Shown here one piece after another: positions 9,497 through 19,799 of a stretch of 64,000 nucleotides of DNA. Position 1 is the first letter of the stretch, and the number at the start of each line of letters is the position of its first letter. The DNA comes from Spirochaetia bacterium. GTDB lineage: Bacteria > Spirochaetota > Spirochaetia > CADAEX01. The stretch is from contig OY759746.1 of assembly GCA_963662795.1 (NCBI GenBank), positions 2,752,001 through 2,816,000 on the forward strand, in the 5' to 3' direction. A program made the position numbers and the translations under genes. The notes under the pieces were generated by a model. It was not told the origin of the DNA. It did not search any database and was given only the letters and a program-made list of their open reading frames with translations.

Positions 9497-10651
9497 ATGA
9501 AAGATTACGAAGAATTCAGGAATAAAACATATCTTAATATTTCTCTTGTGCTGCTTGCTGTTTACACTGTCATAAATATTTCGCATAATCTGCAGCATCT
9601 TTTTTTTATTCATGAAACATCGGTCGGGATTATTACATTTAATATCCTTAACGCGTTTGTTGGATTATCCTGTCTGATTATCAAAAAGAAGAGAACTGAA
9701 GCGGGTATTAATCTGCTGCTTGTCACGTTGTCTTTTACAATGATTGCCATTAATTTGTATATCAGACAGTTTTATAATCACAATAATATTATTGTTGTTT
9801 TTCCGGTACTGCTTGCCATATTCATTGCCACAAAAAAATCCGCGCTGATAATTGCTGCATTCAATACTGCTGCAATAGCTTTTCTCGGTATATTCCATCG
9901 GTCATATGATGATGTTATGTGCTATTTTGTTTTGACAGGTTCGATACTTACCATGATTGCCATAACTTTTCTTCTGAAAAACATGATAATCCGCCTTGAA
10001 ATGATGAGAAGACAGCATGAGGATGAGCTCCATGGAGCAACGCTTAAAATACTTGGTTATGTATCTGAATTGCGTGACAGTGAAACTCAAAATCATCTTG
10101 AAAGGGTTGCCATTGTTACAGGAAAGCTGCTTGCCCGGCTGCAGAAAATATCAAAGTATTCACGGTACATTTCTGAAGTCTATATTTCCGATGTTGTAAA
10201 GGCCTCCATGCTGCATGATATCGGCAAAATAAGCATATCGGATGCAATCCTTTTAAAACCAGGAAAGCTGACAATGGATGAATTTGAAGAAATAAAAAAA
10301 CATACAGTTTCAGGTTCCGATATCCTTGAGCGTGCAAGCCGGAATATAAGCGGACAGAGCTTTTTCAATATCGCGATCGAAATAACCCGTTACCATCATG
10401 AAAGATGGGATGGCGGCGGATATCCCGATCACCTGAAAGGATTTGATATCCCTCTGTCAGCCAGAATAATGGCAGTAGCTGATGTATATGACGCTCTTAT
10501 CTCAGACAGGCCGTACAAGAAGAGGATGTCCCATGAAGAGGCAGTAGCAATTATCAAAGCAGGAAGCGGGACACAGTTTGATCCCGATATAGTAAAGTGC
10601 TTCCATCATGTCCAGAAGGAAATATACAGGGAAACCCACAAACTTCTCTGA
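9497..10651 (+). CDS. Membrane-bound HD-GYP phosphodiesterase
   Basis: N-terminal TMs; LHDIGK, HHERWDGGGYP, ADVYDAL. Confidence 0.9.
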   Translation: MKDYEEFRNKTYLNISLVLLAVYTVINISHNLQHLFFIHETSVGIITFNILNAFVGLSCLIIKKKRTEAGINLLLVTLSFTMIAINLYIRQFYNHNNIIVVFPVLLAIFIATKKSALIIAAFNTAAIAFLGIFHRSYDDVMCYFVLTGSILTMIAITFLLKNMIIRLEMMRRQHEDELHGATLKILGYVSELRDSETQNHLERVAIVTGKLLARLQKISKYSRYISEVYISDVVKASMLHDIGKISISDAILLKPGKLTMDEFEEIKKHTVSGSDILERASRNISGQSFFNIAIEITRYHHERWDGGGYPDHLKGFDIPLSARIMAVADVYDALISDRPYKKRMSHEEAVAIIKAGSGTQFDPDIVKCFHHVQKEIYRETHKLL

Positions 10652-10755
10652 ATTCCGTTCGATCAGGAAATTTTTATTTCTCTTGTTCAGCCTTACAACT
10701 TTTGATATCTTTTATTAATTAGTAAATTATAATCAAATAAGGAGCTGCAGTCCTG

Positions 10756-12270
10756 ATGTCAGAATTTGTTCTTGAAATGTTGAATATAGATAAAAGCTTC
10801 TTCAAGGTAAAAGTCATTGACAATGTTACTCTGAAAGTAAAACCGGGAGAAGTGCATGCAATTGTCGGTGAGAACGGTGCAGGTAAATCAACCCTGATGA
10901 AAATACTGATGGGGATATACCGTGCGGACAGCGGGGAAATCCTTCTTGACGGGCAAAAGGCAGAATACAGCAATCCCAAAGAAGCCCTTGTCAATGGAAT
11001 TGCGATGATTCATCAGGAATTAAACCCTATTCTTGACATGGAAATATCAGAAAATATTTTTACAGGAAGGGAGATTAAAAAGTTTAATTTCGGCGGTTTA
11101 AGTATTGTTGACCATAAGGCACAGAGACTGGAAACTGAAGCGCTGCTTGAAAATATTGGTATTTCACTTAACCCGAAAAGCCTGATGCGGAAACTGAGTG
11201 TCGCGCAGACCCAGCTGATAGAAATAGTCAAGGCAATTTCGCTGTCATCGAAGATAGTAATTATGGATGAACCTACATCTGCAATTACTGACAAGGAAGT
11301 TGAAAATCTTTTCCGGCAGATAAAGTTTCTAAAGTCTAAATCAGTGGCAGTAATTTATATATCACATAAGATGGATGAAATATTCAAGATTGCCGATACT
11401 ATAACAGTTCTCCGCGACGGAAAGCACATCTGTACGGAAAATGCGTTAAAACTTGATAATGACAAAATCATCAAAATGATGGTGGGCCGTGAGATCAGGG
11501 AAATTTACCCTGAAAGGGAACAGACCCCAGGTGATGTTGTGCTTGAAGTGCAGCATCTGACCCGGAAGAAAAAATACAAAGATATCAGCTTCAGGCTTCA
11601 TAGTGGAGAGATACTCGGTATCGGAGGTCTTGTCGGAGCAGGCAGGAGCGAACTTGTTGAGGGAATATTTGGTGTTACCCGTCCGGATTCAGGAGATATA
11701 TTTATCCGGGGAGAGAAAACTGAAATATCACATCCGGATAAGGCAATAAAAAAAAGGATCGCCCTGATTACCGAAGACAGGAAATTTACCGGACTTGACC
11801 TGAAAACTACGGTTGCTCATAACATTACGATTGTGCACTTGAGCAAGCTTTCCAGACTCGGCGTCATAGATCTTGCAAAAGAATCACGCGCTGCTGATGA
11901 ACAGATTAAAAAACTTGACATCAGGGTTTTATCCGGAAAGAGCATGATAAATTCCTTAAGCGGCGGAAATCAACAGAAGGTAGTGCTTGCCAAATGGCTG
12001 TTAACAGATCCTGATATAATTATTCTCGATGATCCCACAAGGGGGATTGATGTCGGGGCAAAGAGGGATATCTATCTCCTTATGGCATCCCTTGCAAAGG
12101 CCGGCAAAGCGATTATTCTGATTTCATCAGAAATACCTGAACTGATGGGGCTTTCTGACAGGATTATAGTTCTCGCTGCCGGAAGACTTACCGGAGAGCT
12201 TTCGAAGGCTGAGTTTACACAGGAAAATATCATGAGACATGCATCAACTTTTGAGGTGGCAAATGTTTAA
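10756..12270 (+). CDS. CUT2 sugar ABC transporter ATP-binding protein (RbsA/MglA type)
   Basis: GENGAGKST, two ABC domains, LSGGNQQKVVLAKW, DDPTRGIDVGAK. Confidence 0.95.
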   Translation: MSEFVLEMLNIDKSFFKVKVIDNVTLKVKPGEVHAIVGENGAGKSTLMKILMGIYRADSGEILLDGQKAEYSNPKEALVNGIAMIHQELNPILDMEISENIFTGREIKKFNFGGLSIVDHKAQRLETEALLENIGISLNPKSLMRKLSVAQTQLIEIVKAISLSSKIVIMDEPTSAITDKEVENLFRQIKFLKSKSVAVIYISHKMDEIFKIADTITVLRDGKHICTENALKLDNDKIIKMMVGREIREIYPEREQTPGDVVLEVQHLTRKKKYKDISFRLHSGEILGIGGLVGAGRSELVEGIFGVTRPDSGDIFIRGEKTEISHPDKAIKKRIALITEDRKFTGLDLKTTVAHNITIVHLSKLSRLGVIDLAKESRAADEQIKKLDIRVLSGKSMINSLSGGNQQKVVLAKWLLTDPDIIILDDPTRGIDVGAKRDIYLLMASLAKAGKAIILISSEIPELMGLSDRIIVLAAGRLTGELSKAEFTQENIMRHASTFEVANV

Positions 12271-13264
12271 AAAATTAAATGACAATACAATTAAAGCATC
12301 GCATGAAGGAAATAATGGAAGGTTTTTTTATCTCCATTCATTGAGAGAACTTGGAATTTTCATTGTATTTCTGGTAATACTTGCAGTTCTGATGATTCTT
12401 TCACCGAACGCTTTCGCAAGGCCTACTAACCTTATCAACATACTCAAGCAGGCTTCCATAAACGGTATACTTGCCGCAGGAATGACATTTGTTATTCTTT
12501 CCGGCGGGATAGACCTTTCTGTCGGGTCAACAGTGGCCCTGACAGGGGTAATCGCTGCAAGTTTTGCCCACCCCGGGGAGTATCCTCTTTTTGTACCGAT
12601 AATTCTTGCAGCCGGTGCCGGCAGCTTTATCGGCTTCCTTAATGGTCTGGGTGTCGCGTACGGTAATATCCCCTCTTTTATAGTAACACTTGGTTCAATG
12701 ACCATAGTGCGGGGACTTGCTCTTATTGCAAGCCGCGGTCAGCCTGTCTTTAACCTTTCCAAAAGCTTTGAACATATTGCCGGCGGGTTTATATTTGAAT
12801 ATATCCCCCACCTTGTAGTTTTCTTTGTCTGCATCGCCGGTATTGCAGGATTTATCCTTACAAAAACTGTATTCGGACGTCATGTCTATACAGTCGGAGG
12901 TAATGAAACCGCAGCAAAGGTTTCAGGCGTCAATGTCGGGTATATCAAAGTCGCTGTCTATACCATTGCCGGGTTTCTCGCAGGGATAGCGGGGCTTTTG
13001 CTTGCTTCCCGTATTGTCTCAGGAAACCCTACAGCCGGGGCCGGATATGAGCTTGATGCGATTGCTGCCGTAATAATAGGCGGTGTAAGCATGTCAGGTG
13101 GGGCCGGTAAATGGTACGGAACGGTAATCGGCGCCCTGATTATTGCGGTAATCGGGAACGGCCTGGATATTCTGGGTGTCTCTTCATATTTTCAGCTTAT
13201 AATAAAAGGTTCAATCATAATTGTTGCTGTACTTCTTGATATGAAAGGGAAGGGCAAACAGTAA
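12263..13264 (+). CDS. CUT2 sugar ABC transporter permease (RbsC type)
   Basis: GGIDLSVGS, GGNETAAKVSG, YELDAIAAVIIGG; start overlaps ATPase stop. Confidence 0.93.
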   Translation: MFKKLNDNTIKASHEGNNGRFFYLHSLRELGIFIVFLVILAVLMILSPNAFARPTNLINILKQASINGILAAGMTFVILSGGIDLSVGSTVALTGVIAASFAHPGEYPLFVPIILAAGAGSFIGFLNGLGVAYGNIPSFIVTLGSMTIVRGLALIASRGQPVFNLSKSFEHIAGGFIFEYIPHLVVFFVCIAGIAGFILTKTVFGRHVYTVGGNETAAKVSGVNVGYIKVAVYTIAGFLAGIAGLLLASRIVSGNPTAGAGYELDAIAAVIIGGVSMSGGAGKWYGTVIGALIIAVIGNGLDILGVSSYFQLIIKGSIIIVAVLLDMKGKGKQ

Positions 13265-13283
13265 ATCAATAGTAATAACAAAT

Positions 13284-13335
13284 AAAAAAAGACTGCGGTT
13301 TTTACACCCTTTTGCGGGTCCGCAGTCTTCTCTTT
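13284..13335. terminator. Bidirectional terminator between convergent ABC genes
   Basis: AAAAAAAGACTGCGG...CCGCAGTCTTCTCTTT. Confidence 0.75.
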
Positions 13336-13377
13336 CAGGGTTTGCCCCTGCACAAAATACTATGATTATGTTTACAA

Positions 13378-14313
13378 TTATTTTATAAATTGGTCAACAT
13401 TATCTTTGGTAATTAATGTAAAAGATACAAGAATTTCATTCTCAACACTTTCGCCTTTTACAATCTTGTTTACTGTTTCCATAGCTGTTGTACCCTGAAG
13501 GGTTGTGCTCTGGGAAACTGTTGCAGTAAGGCGTCCGTCTTTTACAGCCGCAAGCGCATCAGGTGTTGCGTCAAGGCCGTATATTTTCACTTTGCCGAGG
13601 AGTTTTGCATCCTCAACCGCTTTCAATGCTCCAAGGGCCATTCCGTCGTTATTGGCAACAACCGCAGCAAGCGGTGTACCGGTCTGCAGCCAGTTTTCAA
13701 CAATTTTTAGGGCTTCGTCTGTCCTCCAGTTAGCTGTCTGTTCAAAAGCAACCTTTATATCAGGATAGCTTTTGAGAACTTCGTAGTAACCGTTTGTTCT
13801 GCCGATCTGTGCGTCTGAACCCATGGGTCCGAGCAGAAATGCAACATTGCCTTTTCCGCTGATTGCTTCAGCTGCTGTTTTCATCTCAAGAACGCCGCCG
13901 TCAAAGTTTTCAACGCCTACAAAACTGTTGGCTGCTTCAGGTTTGCTTATTTTCTGGTTTACAACAACCACAGCAACACCTGCTTTTCTTGCCGCTTCAA
14001 TTGCCGGAACTACGCCGTCAACAGAAACAGGTTCAATAACTATACCTGAAACCCCCTGCTGAACAGCTGTTTCAATCTGGCTGATCTGTTTTGCAACATC
14101 TTTTTCAGCCTCATAAACAGTAACCTTGACTCCAAGTTCAGCTGCCTTGCTTTTTACGGCATCTGACATCTCAATTGTAAATGCGTTTGTCATGTGGCTC
14201 ATGAACAATGCGTAGCTCTGCTCTTTTTCCGCCGGTTTTTTACTGCACCCTGTAACAAGCGCTAAAGCCAGCATTGAAATTAGAAGCACTGAAAAAAACC
14301 TTGTGATTTTCAT
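13378..14313 (-). CDS. Sugar ABC substrate-binding lipoprotein (RbsB type)
   Basis: Lipobox VTGC; ANNDGMALGA, GLDATPDAL, ATVSQ; SD AAGGAG before ATG 14313. Confidence 0.92.
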   Translation of the reverse strand: MKITRFFSVLLISMLALALVTGCSKKPAEKEQSYALFMSHMTNAFTIEMSDAVKSKAAELGVKVTVYEAEKDVAKQISQIETAVQQGVSGIVIEPVSVDGVVPAIEAARKAGVAVVVVNQKISKPEAANSFVGVENFDGGVLEMKTAAEAISGKGNVAFLLGPMGSDAQIGRTNGYYEVLKSYPDIKVAFEQTANWRTDEALKIVENWLQTGTPLAAVVANNDGMALGALKAVEDAKLLGKVKIYGLDATPDALAAVKDGRLTATVSQSTTLQGTTAMETVNKIVKGESVENEILVSFTLITKDNVDQFIK

Positions 14314-14439
14314 TTTCTTCTCCTTTGATTTGTAACTATAAAATATCAAAAAAATATTACTGATTCAAGGTGTCCGCAATCAAAACTATCATCAGTTATA
14401 CCTCTGTGTCCGGCTTTATAAAAACTGGACAGTATGTCC

Positions 14440-15012
14440 TTATTTTACAATATTAACTGTTCCGTCTTTTTTGCTAATTTCCGTTTTGATTTCCCCGTCG
14501 GGATATCCTATTATCGCTGTTCCGTAAACCCTGTAGCTTTTTGGAACTCCGAGTTCTTTAAGAAAATCCCTTATACTTGCCGACTCATCGATAAATGATA
14601 ATATCTGAATCCAGCAGGAACCGATACCGAGGGAATGAGCTGCAAGAAAAATATTCTGTAAAGCAGCGGCGCTGTCATATTCCGGAGTTGAGGAAGAAGA
14701 AGATTTAGGCTCATTTGAAACAATAATAACTGATGGAGCATTATAGAAATAATTGAGTTTCTGTCTGCTCAGAGTTTTTTTCATCTCTTCATCAGCCGAC
14801 TGCATAGCTGATTCTATTATAAGGGAATTCAGTTTTTCTATCTTCTGTTTGTTCTGGATAACTGTAAAGTGCCATGACTGTGCATTCATTCCGCTTGGGG
14901 CTGATTTTGCCGCCTCAAGGATAAGATTTAAATCACTTTCAGATATCTGTCTGTCCGGGATAAATTTTCTTACACTTCTTCTGGATATGATATTTTTTAT
15001 AACTTCATTCAT
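14440..15012 (-). CDS. Nitroreductase family protein
   Basis: RRSVRKF, APSGMNAQSWHF, LAAHSLGIGSCW. Confidence 0.92.
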   Translation of the reverse strand: MNEVIKNIISRRSVRKFIPDRQISESDLNLILEAAKSAPSGMNAQSWHFTVIQNKQKIEKLNSLIIESAMQSADEEMKKTLSRQKLNYFYNAPSVIIVSNEPKSSSSSTPEYDSAAALQNIFLAAHSLGIGSCWIQILSFIDESASIRDFLKELGVPKSYRVYGTAIIGYPDGEIKTEISKKDGTVNIVK

Positions 15013-15087
15013 ACTGTACTCCTCATTAATTTATATATATAAAATGCATTAGAGAGTTCATATAGTCAAGAAAAGTTATATTTCTTT

Positions 15088-15114
15088 AAAAAAAACCCGC
15101 AGGATCTGCGGGTT
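15088..15114 (-). terminator. Intrinsic terminator of Fe/AfuABC-like operon
   Basis: AAAAAAAACCCGCAG-GAT-CTGCGGGTT. Confidence 0.7.
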
Positions 15115-15207
15115 ATCAGCGAAGTATAAACTGATTCAATAAAAACAGTGTTCCGGCAGTCCCTGCTGCCAAAGCTGCTGAAATGAACAGTAATAAGTTT
15201 TTGAATT

Positions 15208-16293
15208 TTATCTGCTTATCCTGACACCTTCTTTATCAAAAATAAGAAAATTTTTGGGATCAATTACGACTTTCACATTATCACCTGGATTATAGTCACA
15301 ATCCTCGACAAGAAGTGCAAAGAATGAAACGTTGTCGATTCTGAGACCGATAATCCACTCAGATCCGGTCGGAAGAACTGTTTCAATCTGGGCTGTATGT
15401 TTCCAGAAATTTTCCCTTGCTGCAGTTGAATGCGGATTAACCATAATTGATTCAGGCCTTAGTCCTATTGTAAAGGCCTTTTCCGCTAATTCCGGAAACA
15501 GCGGCATAATTGTTTTTGCAAGGGACTCACCGTCTTTTATGCTGAAGTGGTTCATGGGAGGGCTTCCGATAAAATCAGCCACAAACAGATTCGCGGGTTT
15601 TTTGTACATCCCCATCGGGGGTGCGTACTGCTGAAGTTTTCCCCGGCTCATTACCGCTATCTCGGTAGAAAGTGTCATTGCTTCCATCTGGTCATGTGTA
15701 ACATATATAACAGTATTTTTAAGTTCCCTGTGGAGCCGCTTAAGCTCTGCCCTCATTTCCAGCCTGAGCTTCGCATCAAGATTTGAAAGCGGCTCGTCAA
15801 GCAGCAGTATATGGGGGTTAAGGACCATCATGCGGGCGAGGGCAATCCTCTGCTGCTGTCCGCCGGAAAGCTGGTTGGGATACCTTTTTTCGAGTCCCTC
15901 TATCCTTAAAAGGCTGATTATTTTTTCAATACGGCCGGCAATTTCCTGTTTCGGCACTTTCTGCATCTCAAGGCCGAATGAAATATTCTGTTCAATTGTC
16001 ATGTGCGGCCATAGTGCATAACTCTGGAAAACCAGACCCATTCCCCTTTTTTCCGTGGGAACGAGCTCTTTTGTCTCACCGTTAAACAGTACTTTGTCCC
16101 CCAGGCGGATTATGCCTTCATCCGGTGTCTCAAGGCCGGTGAGCATCCTTAGAGTTGTTGTTTTTCCGCAGCCGGAAGGGCCTAAAAGGCTGATGAAACT
16201 CCCCTGTGGAATTGAAAGATTAAAATCCTCAACTGCCTTGATTGTACTTCCGGTAAAAGTTTTATTTATATTTATTAGCTCAATGCCTGTCAT
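15208..16293 (-). CDS. ABC ATP-binding protein (FbpC/AfuC/PotA type)
   Basis: GPSGCGKTT, FQSYALWPHM, LSGGQQQRIALAR, DEPLSNLDAKLR. Confidence 0.93.
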   Translation of the reverse strand: MTGIELININKTFTGSTIKAVEDFNLSIPQGSFISLLGPSGCGKTTTLRMLTGLETPDEGIIRLGDKVLFNGETKELVPTEKRGMGLVFQSYALWPHMTIEQNISFGLEMQKVPKQEIAGRIEKIISLLRIEGLEKRYPNQLSGGQQQRIALARMMVLNPHILLLDEPLSNLDAKLRLEMRAELKRLHRELKNTVIYVTHDQMEAMTLSTEIAVMSRGKLQQYAPPMGMYKKPANLFVADFIGSPPMNHFSIKDGESLAKTIMPLFPELAEKAFTIGLRPESIMVNPHSTAARENFWKHTAQIETVLPTGSEWIIGLRIDNVSFFALLVEDCDYNPGDNVKVVIDPKNFLIFDKEGVRISR

Positions 16294-16298
16294 TTCTT

Positions 16299-18131
16299 TT
16301 ATCTCCCTAATCCTGAAGTTGCCTGTGCTCCAGTTAATTTTTCAATCACAAATTTAAATACAAGTATTAAAATTACTATCATAAGTACAACTCCGTTCGC
16401 GAGCTGCATATATCCGTAGTCGGTATAACGAAGTACCTGTGTCGTCATAAGCTCTGTTCCCGGTGTTGCAAGCATTATTACAAGGCTCTGTTCCTTCATT
16501 GCGGTAATAAACGGAAGCATGATTCCTCCAACAAGGCTGCCCTTCATAATTGGTACAACAATTCTTGTAATGCGTTTTCTCCACGGAGCACCGCAAACTT
16601 GAGCAGCTTCTTCCGGGTCGTTGCCCAGCTGCATCATCGCGGCAATACCGGATCTCGAAGCATAGGGCAGATACTTTACAGCCATAACAATAACAACAAG
16701 CATCATGGATCCATATAAAGCCGGAACAGGGCCTCTGCGTACTGCAAAAAGCGATATGTTTGCCGCTGCAAAGGCAATACTAGGAACAAGATAGGGCATG
16801 AATGAAATCTGTTTTAAAAATTTGCCGCTCAATGACTGCGATTTTTTAATTACAACATAACCGATGAAAATTCCGGCAAAACCTGAAAGGACTGCTGCTG
16901 CTCCGGCAGTTTTAAGACTGTTTACGACAGAGCCGAGTACATCGGGATTTCTAAGCAGTCCCATCTGTCCGGGCATTGCCGGAAGCGTGTCGCCGATCCA
17001 GTATGCGAGAGTCAGGTTCGCTTTTGTGATAACTCCGGGTATAATTGTAAGCGTTGACGTAACAAGGGTAAACAATGGTATGAAAATTGTTACACACAGA
17101 ATAATCAGGACAAAAGATACAAAAAAAGGCTTTTTTATCCCAAGGGGAGTCAGCCGCTGAATCGAGCCTTTAACACCGATAGTGACAAACCTCTTATTAT
17201 CCTTCAATAAGAAGCTGTCAAGGGAAATCAGCATAACTCCGACAAGAATCATGCAGATGGCTATGACTGCTGTTACTCCTGTTTCCCCTGAACGGAAAGC
17301 CGCATATAGACTTGTGGGCAGAATAGTGTATTTTACACCTGTTCCAAGTATATATGGAGTTCCGAAGGATCCGATGACCCGTGTGAATATGAGCAGAAAT
17401 GCGGAAAGAGTCGCTGGGAGCATAAGGGGAAGAATAATTCTTCTTGTAATGACAGACCTCGGCGCTCCGACTATTCTGGCGGATTCTTCCAGCTGAATAT
17501 CCATTGATTTCAGGCTGTTGGAAAAAAGGTTATAGGCAAACGGGAAAAGGTGGAAAGCCTCGCAGATTATTATCGGGAAGGCCCCGTATGCCAGCCAGTC
17601 GGGAGATGTAAATCCGAAAGACTCGAGAACTCCCGCGGATCCCCCCAGACGGCGGTTTTTGAAAATTGTAAGCCAGACTACCGCGAATGTCCAGGAAGGC
17701 ATTATATAGGGAAGCATCATAAGGGATGACATCCATTTCTTGCCGGGCAAATCTGTTTTGACCATAAACCACGCAAGAAGCCCGCCAAGCGGTATTGCAA
17801 TTATTGATACCATAATTGCGACAAAGAGGGTCCTCATCAGCGGTTTATAGAAATAGACCGAACTTACCCGCGAGTTGAATACTCTTTTATAAAATGCTCC
17901 GGTGATATCCCCGACATTGCCTCCGGATACGGAACTGTCTCTTACCCCGACGGTGAAGGAATTTATTACCATTGATCCGATAGGGGCAATAACCAGGTAG
18001 GCTAAAACTACAACCAAAATTACCATTATGACTGTTGTCGGGTCATTCATCCCGTTTTTGATTGTATTTTTAGCCCTGGTTATCTTTAAATTAATATTTT
18101 GCACTTGTGCATTACCTCCAGTACTAATCAT
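16299..18131 (-). CDS. ABC permease with duplicated domain (FbpB/AfuB type)
   Basis: Two EAA motifs (LEESARIVGA, PEEAAQVCGA); start may be GTG near 18104. Confidence 0.9.
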   Translation of the reverse strand: MISTGGNAQVQNINLKITRAKNTIKNGMNDPTTVIMVILVVVLAYLVIAPIGSMVINSFTVGVRDSSVSGGNVGDITGAFYKRVFNSRVSSVYFYKPLMRTLFVAIMVSIIAIPLGGLLAWFMVKTDLPGKKWMSSLMMLPYIMPSWTFAVVWLTIFKNRRLGGSAGVLESFGFTSPDWLAYGAFPIIICEAFHLFPFAYNLFSNSLKSMDIQLEESARIVGAPRSVITRRIILPLMLPATLSAFLLIFTRVIGSFGTPYILGTGVKYTILPTSLYAAFRSGETGVTAVIAICMILVGVMLISLDSFLLKDNKRFVTIGVKGSIQRLTPLGIKKPFFVSFVLIILCVTIFIPLFTLVTSTLTIIPGVITKANLTLAYWIGDTLPAMPGQMGLLRNPDVLGSVVNSLKTAGAAAVLSGFAGIFIGYVVIKKSQSLSGKFLKQISFMPYLVPSIAFAAANISLFAVRRGPVPALYGSMMLVVIVMAVKYLPYASRSGIAAMMQLGNDPEEAAQVCGAPWRKRITRIVVPIMKGSLVGGIMLPFITAMKEQSLVIMLATPGTELMTTQVLRYTDYGYMQLANGVVLMIVILILVFKFVIEKLTGAQATSGLGR

Positions 18132-18298
18132 TCTGCTGAAAAAGAATGCTGAATATTAATAGATTGTTCTCCCCGCTGATGCTGAATGCCGTTGAAGAAT
18201 AAACAATCAAGATCTTATATTTATAAATGAATTTTATAGTATACAAAACCGGCAGTATGGTTTTATTCGATACTGCCGGCAATAATTAAAAAATAAAA

Positions 18299-19474
18299 TT
18301 AATTTCTTGAAAGAAGCCAGAGATCGTTAACTTCCTGACTTAGTTCCATAAGTTTGTCGTCCTCAACAAATATCAGTTTAGGTTTCCATTCTGCCCATGT
18401 CCCTTCATTATCAGGATTGACAAATCCTGCCGGGTTTGGAGAATAGCCGCCCATATCTGTGAGCCACGGCTCAATACCCTCAGGGGTAAGGAGGAAACGG
18501 ATAAAAAGCTTTGCAGCGTTGGGATGGGGCGCGTTTTTGACTAGTGCTGTATAAGTCGCAAGGGCATATCCCATAAACGGCTTGAGTCCCTGGCAGGTTG
18601 CAAGACTAAGATTTTTAGTTTCATTATCCCTCATCTTGGTCAATGTAATCATTCCTACCGGAGGATCTTTCTGGCCCTTTGCGCCGATTGCTTCACTTAT
18701 GTCGTTGTCGGAACCCAGTGCCAGTACATCATTGGCGAAGAGTCTTGCAATAAATTCCCAGGCAGCGTTTTCTTCTTTCAATTTAAGTTTTTTACCGTAA
18801 AAATCCTGATATGATTTTTCAAGCACTTCAGGGTTTAAGGCAAGCTGCGCGAAAAAAGCCCTTGTCGCCGGGTTTATAGCAAGGTCCGGAAGGATAACCT
18901 TGCCTTTCCATTTAGGTTCAGTCAGTTCCCATACATTTTTTACGGGTGATCCGTTGGGATAGGTCTCACTGTTATATGCAAAGATCCTCGGCTGCCAGCG
19001 GTGCGCGAGCGGATAAAGATCATCAGCGGAAAGAACACTTACCATGTCTTTGGGTATCCAGTTGATTAAATATCCTTTCGGCAGCAGTGTTGTTACAAGA
19101 AGCGGCCCGTCTTCAGGCGCAACAACATCAACCTGTACATTCCCGGCATCTACTTCACGTATTACACGTTCAGCCTGTTCTCCGGTCTTCATTTTTGTCC
19201 CTTTGACCTTGATACCGTACATTTTTTCAAAGTTTGCAGCGGCTTCCTTTACACGGCTTGATGTCATGTATACAACTAATTCTCCCTCTGCCTGTGCTGC
19301 TTTTACCAGCGCATCAAGATTGACATCCTCAATTACCATACCGGGTTTCTCTGCAGCAGGCGCTGCTGCAGGTTTAGCTGCTTCTTTGCCTCCTCCGCTG
19401 AAAGCAGAAGTTACTGTAAGAAATATCAATATAATCATGCAAATTGATAACTTACGTGCATCCATTTTTAACAT
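18299..19474 (-). CDS. ABC substrate-binding protein (FbpA/AfuA-like)
   Basis: Spirochaete-style signal (SAFSGGGKE); AAQAEGELVVY, WELTEPKWKGK, APHPNAAKLFIRFLLTPEG. Confidence 0.85.
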   Translation of the reverse strand: MLKMDARKLSICMIILIFLTVTSAFSGGGKEAAKPAAAPAAEKPGMVIEDVNLDALVKAAQAEGELVVYMTSSRVKEAAANFEKMYGIKVKGTKMKTGEQAERVIREVDAGNVQVDVVAPEDGPLLVTTLLPKGYLINWIPKDMVSVLSADDLYPLAHRWQPRIFAYNSETYPNGSPVKNVWELTEPKWKGKVILPDLAINPATRAFFAQLALNPEVLEKSYQDFYGKKLKLKEENAAWEFIARLFANDVLALGSDNDISEAIGAKGQKDPPVGMITLTKMRDNETKNLSLATCQGLKPFMGYALATYTALVKNAPHPNAAKLFIRFLLTPEGIEPWLTDMGGYSPNPAGFVNPDNEGTWAEWKPKLIFVEDDKLMELSQEVNDLWLLSRN

Positions 19475-19644
19475 TATTTCCCTCCAGATCGGTTTATTAG
19501 TATTAAATGGAATTATATTACAGTCTTGCAGAAAAGTAAACAATTATTGCAAAAAACATAGTAAATGAAAAAATCATTACATTTATAAGAATGTTGATTA
19601 GGGTTTTAATATTTTAAGGCATACAGACTATTGAAATTTTAAAA

Positions 19645-19765
19645 TTAAAACCACCGGGCAGCCCGGACATATCTAAAGATACTGTTTGCCCCATCTCCAT
19701 TCTGTTTTGCATCTCCGGTATACTCGTATTGATCCGGAGCACCCCAATTCCAGAACATATACACA
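19645..19765 (-). pseudogene. C-terminal remnant of a DUF1566/Lcl-like (C-type lectin fold) protein
   Basis: Ends ...GDAKQNGDGANSIFRYVRAARWF*, resembling the YVRAVRxF terminus of that family; no N-terminus. Confidence 0.45.
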
Positions 19766-19799
19766 GTCTTATATGTGTTTATAATTCTTACTTTCGGCC

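Noticed and set aside
4477-15207. Integron cassette array among the small accessory genes
   Set aside because: Mixed orientations and no repeated attC-like intergenic elements.
18248-18281. Hairpin between ABC binding-protein and permease genes as a novel ncRNA
   Set aside because: Typical intercistronic stabiliser or attenuator of ABC operons.
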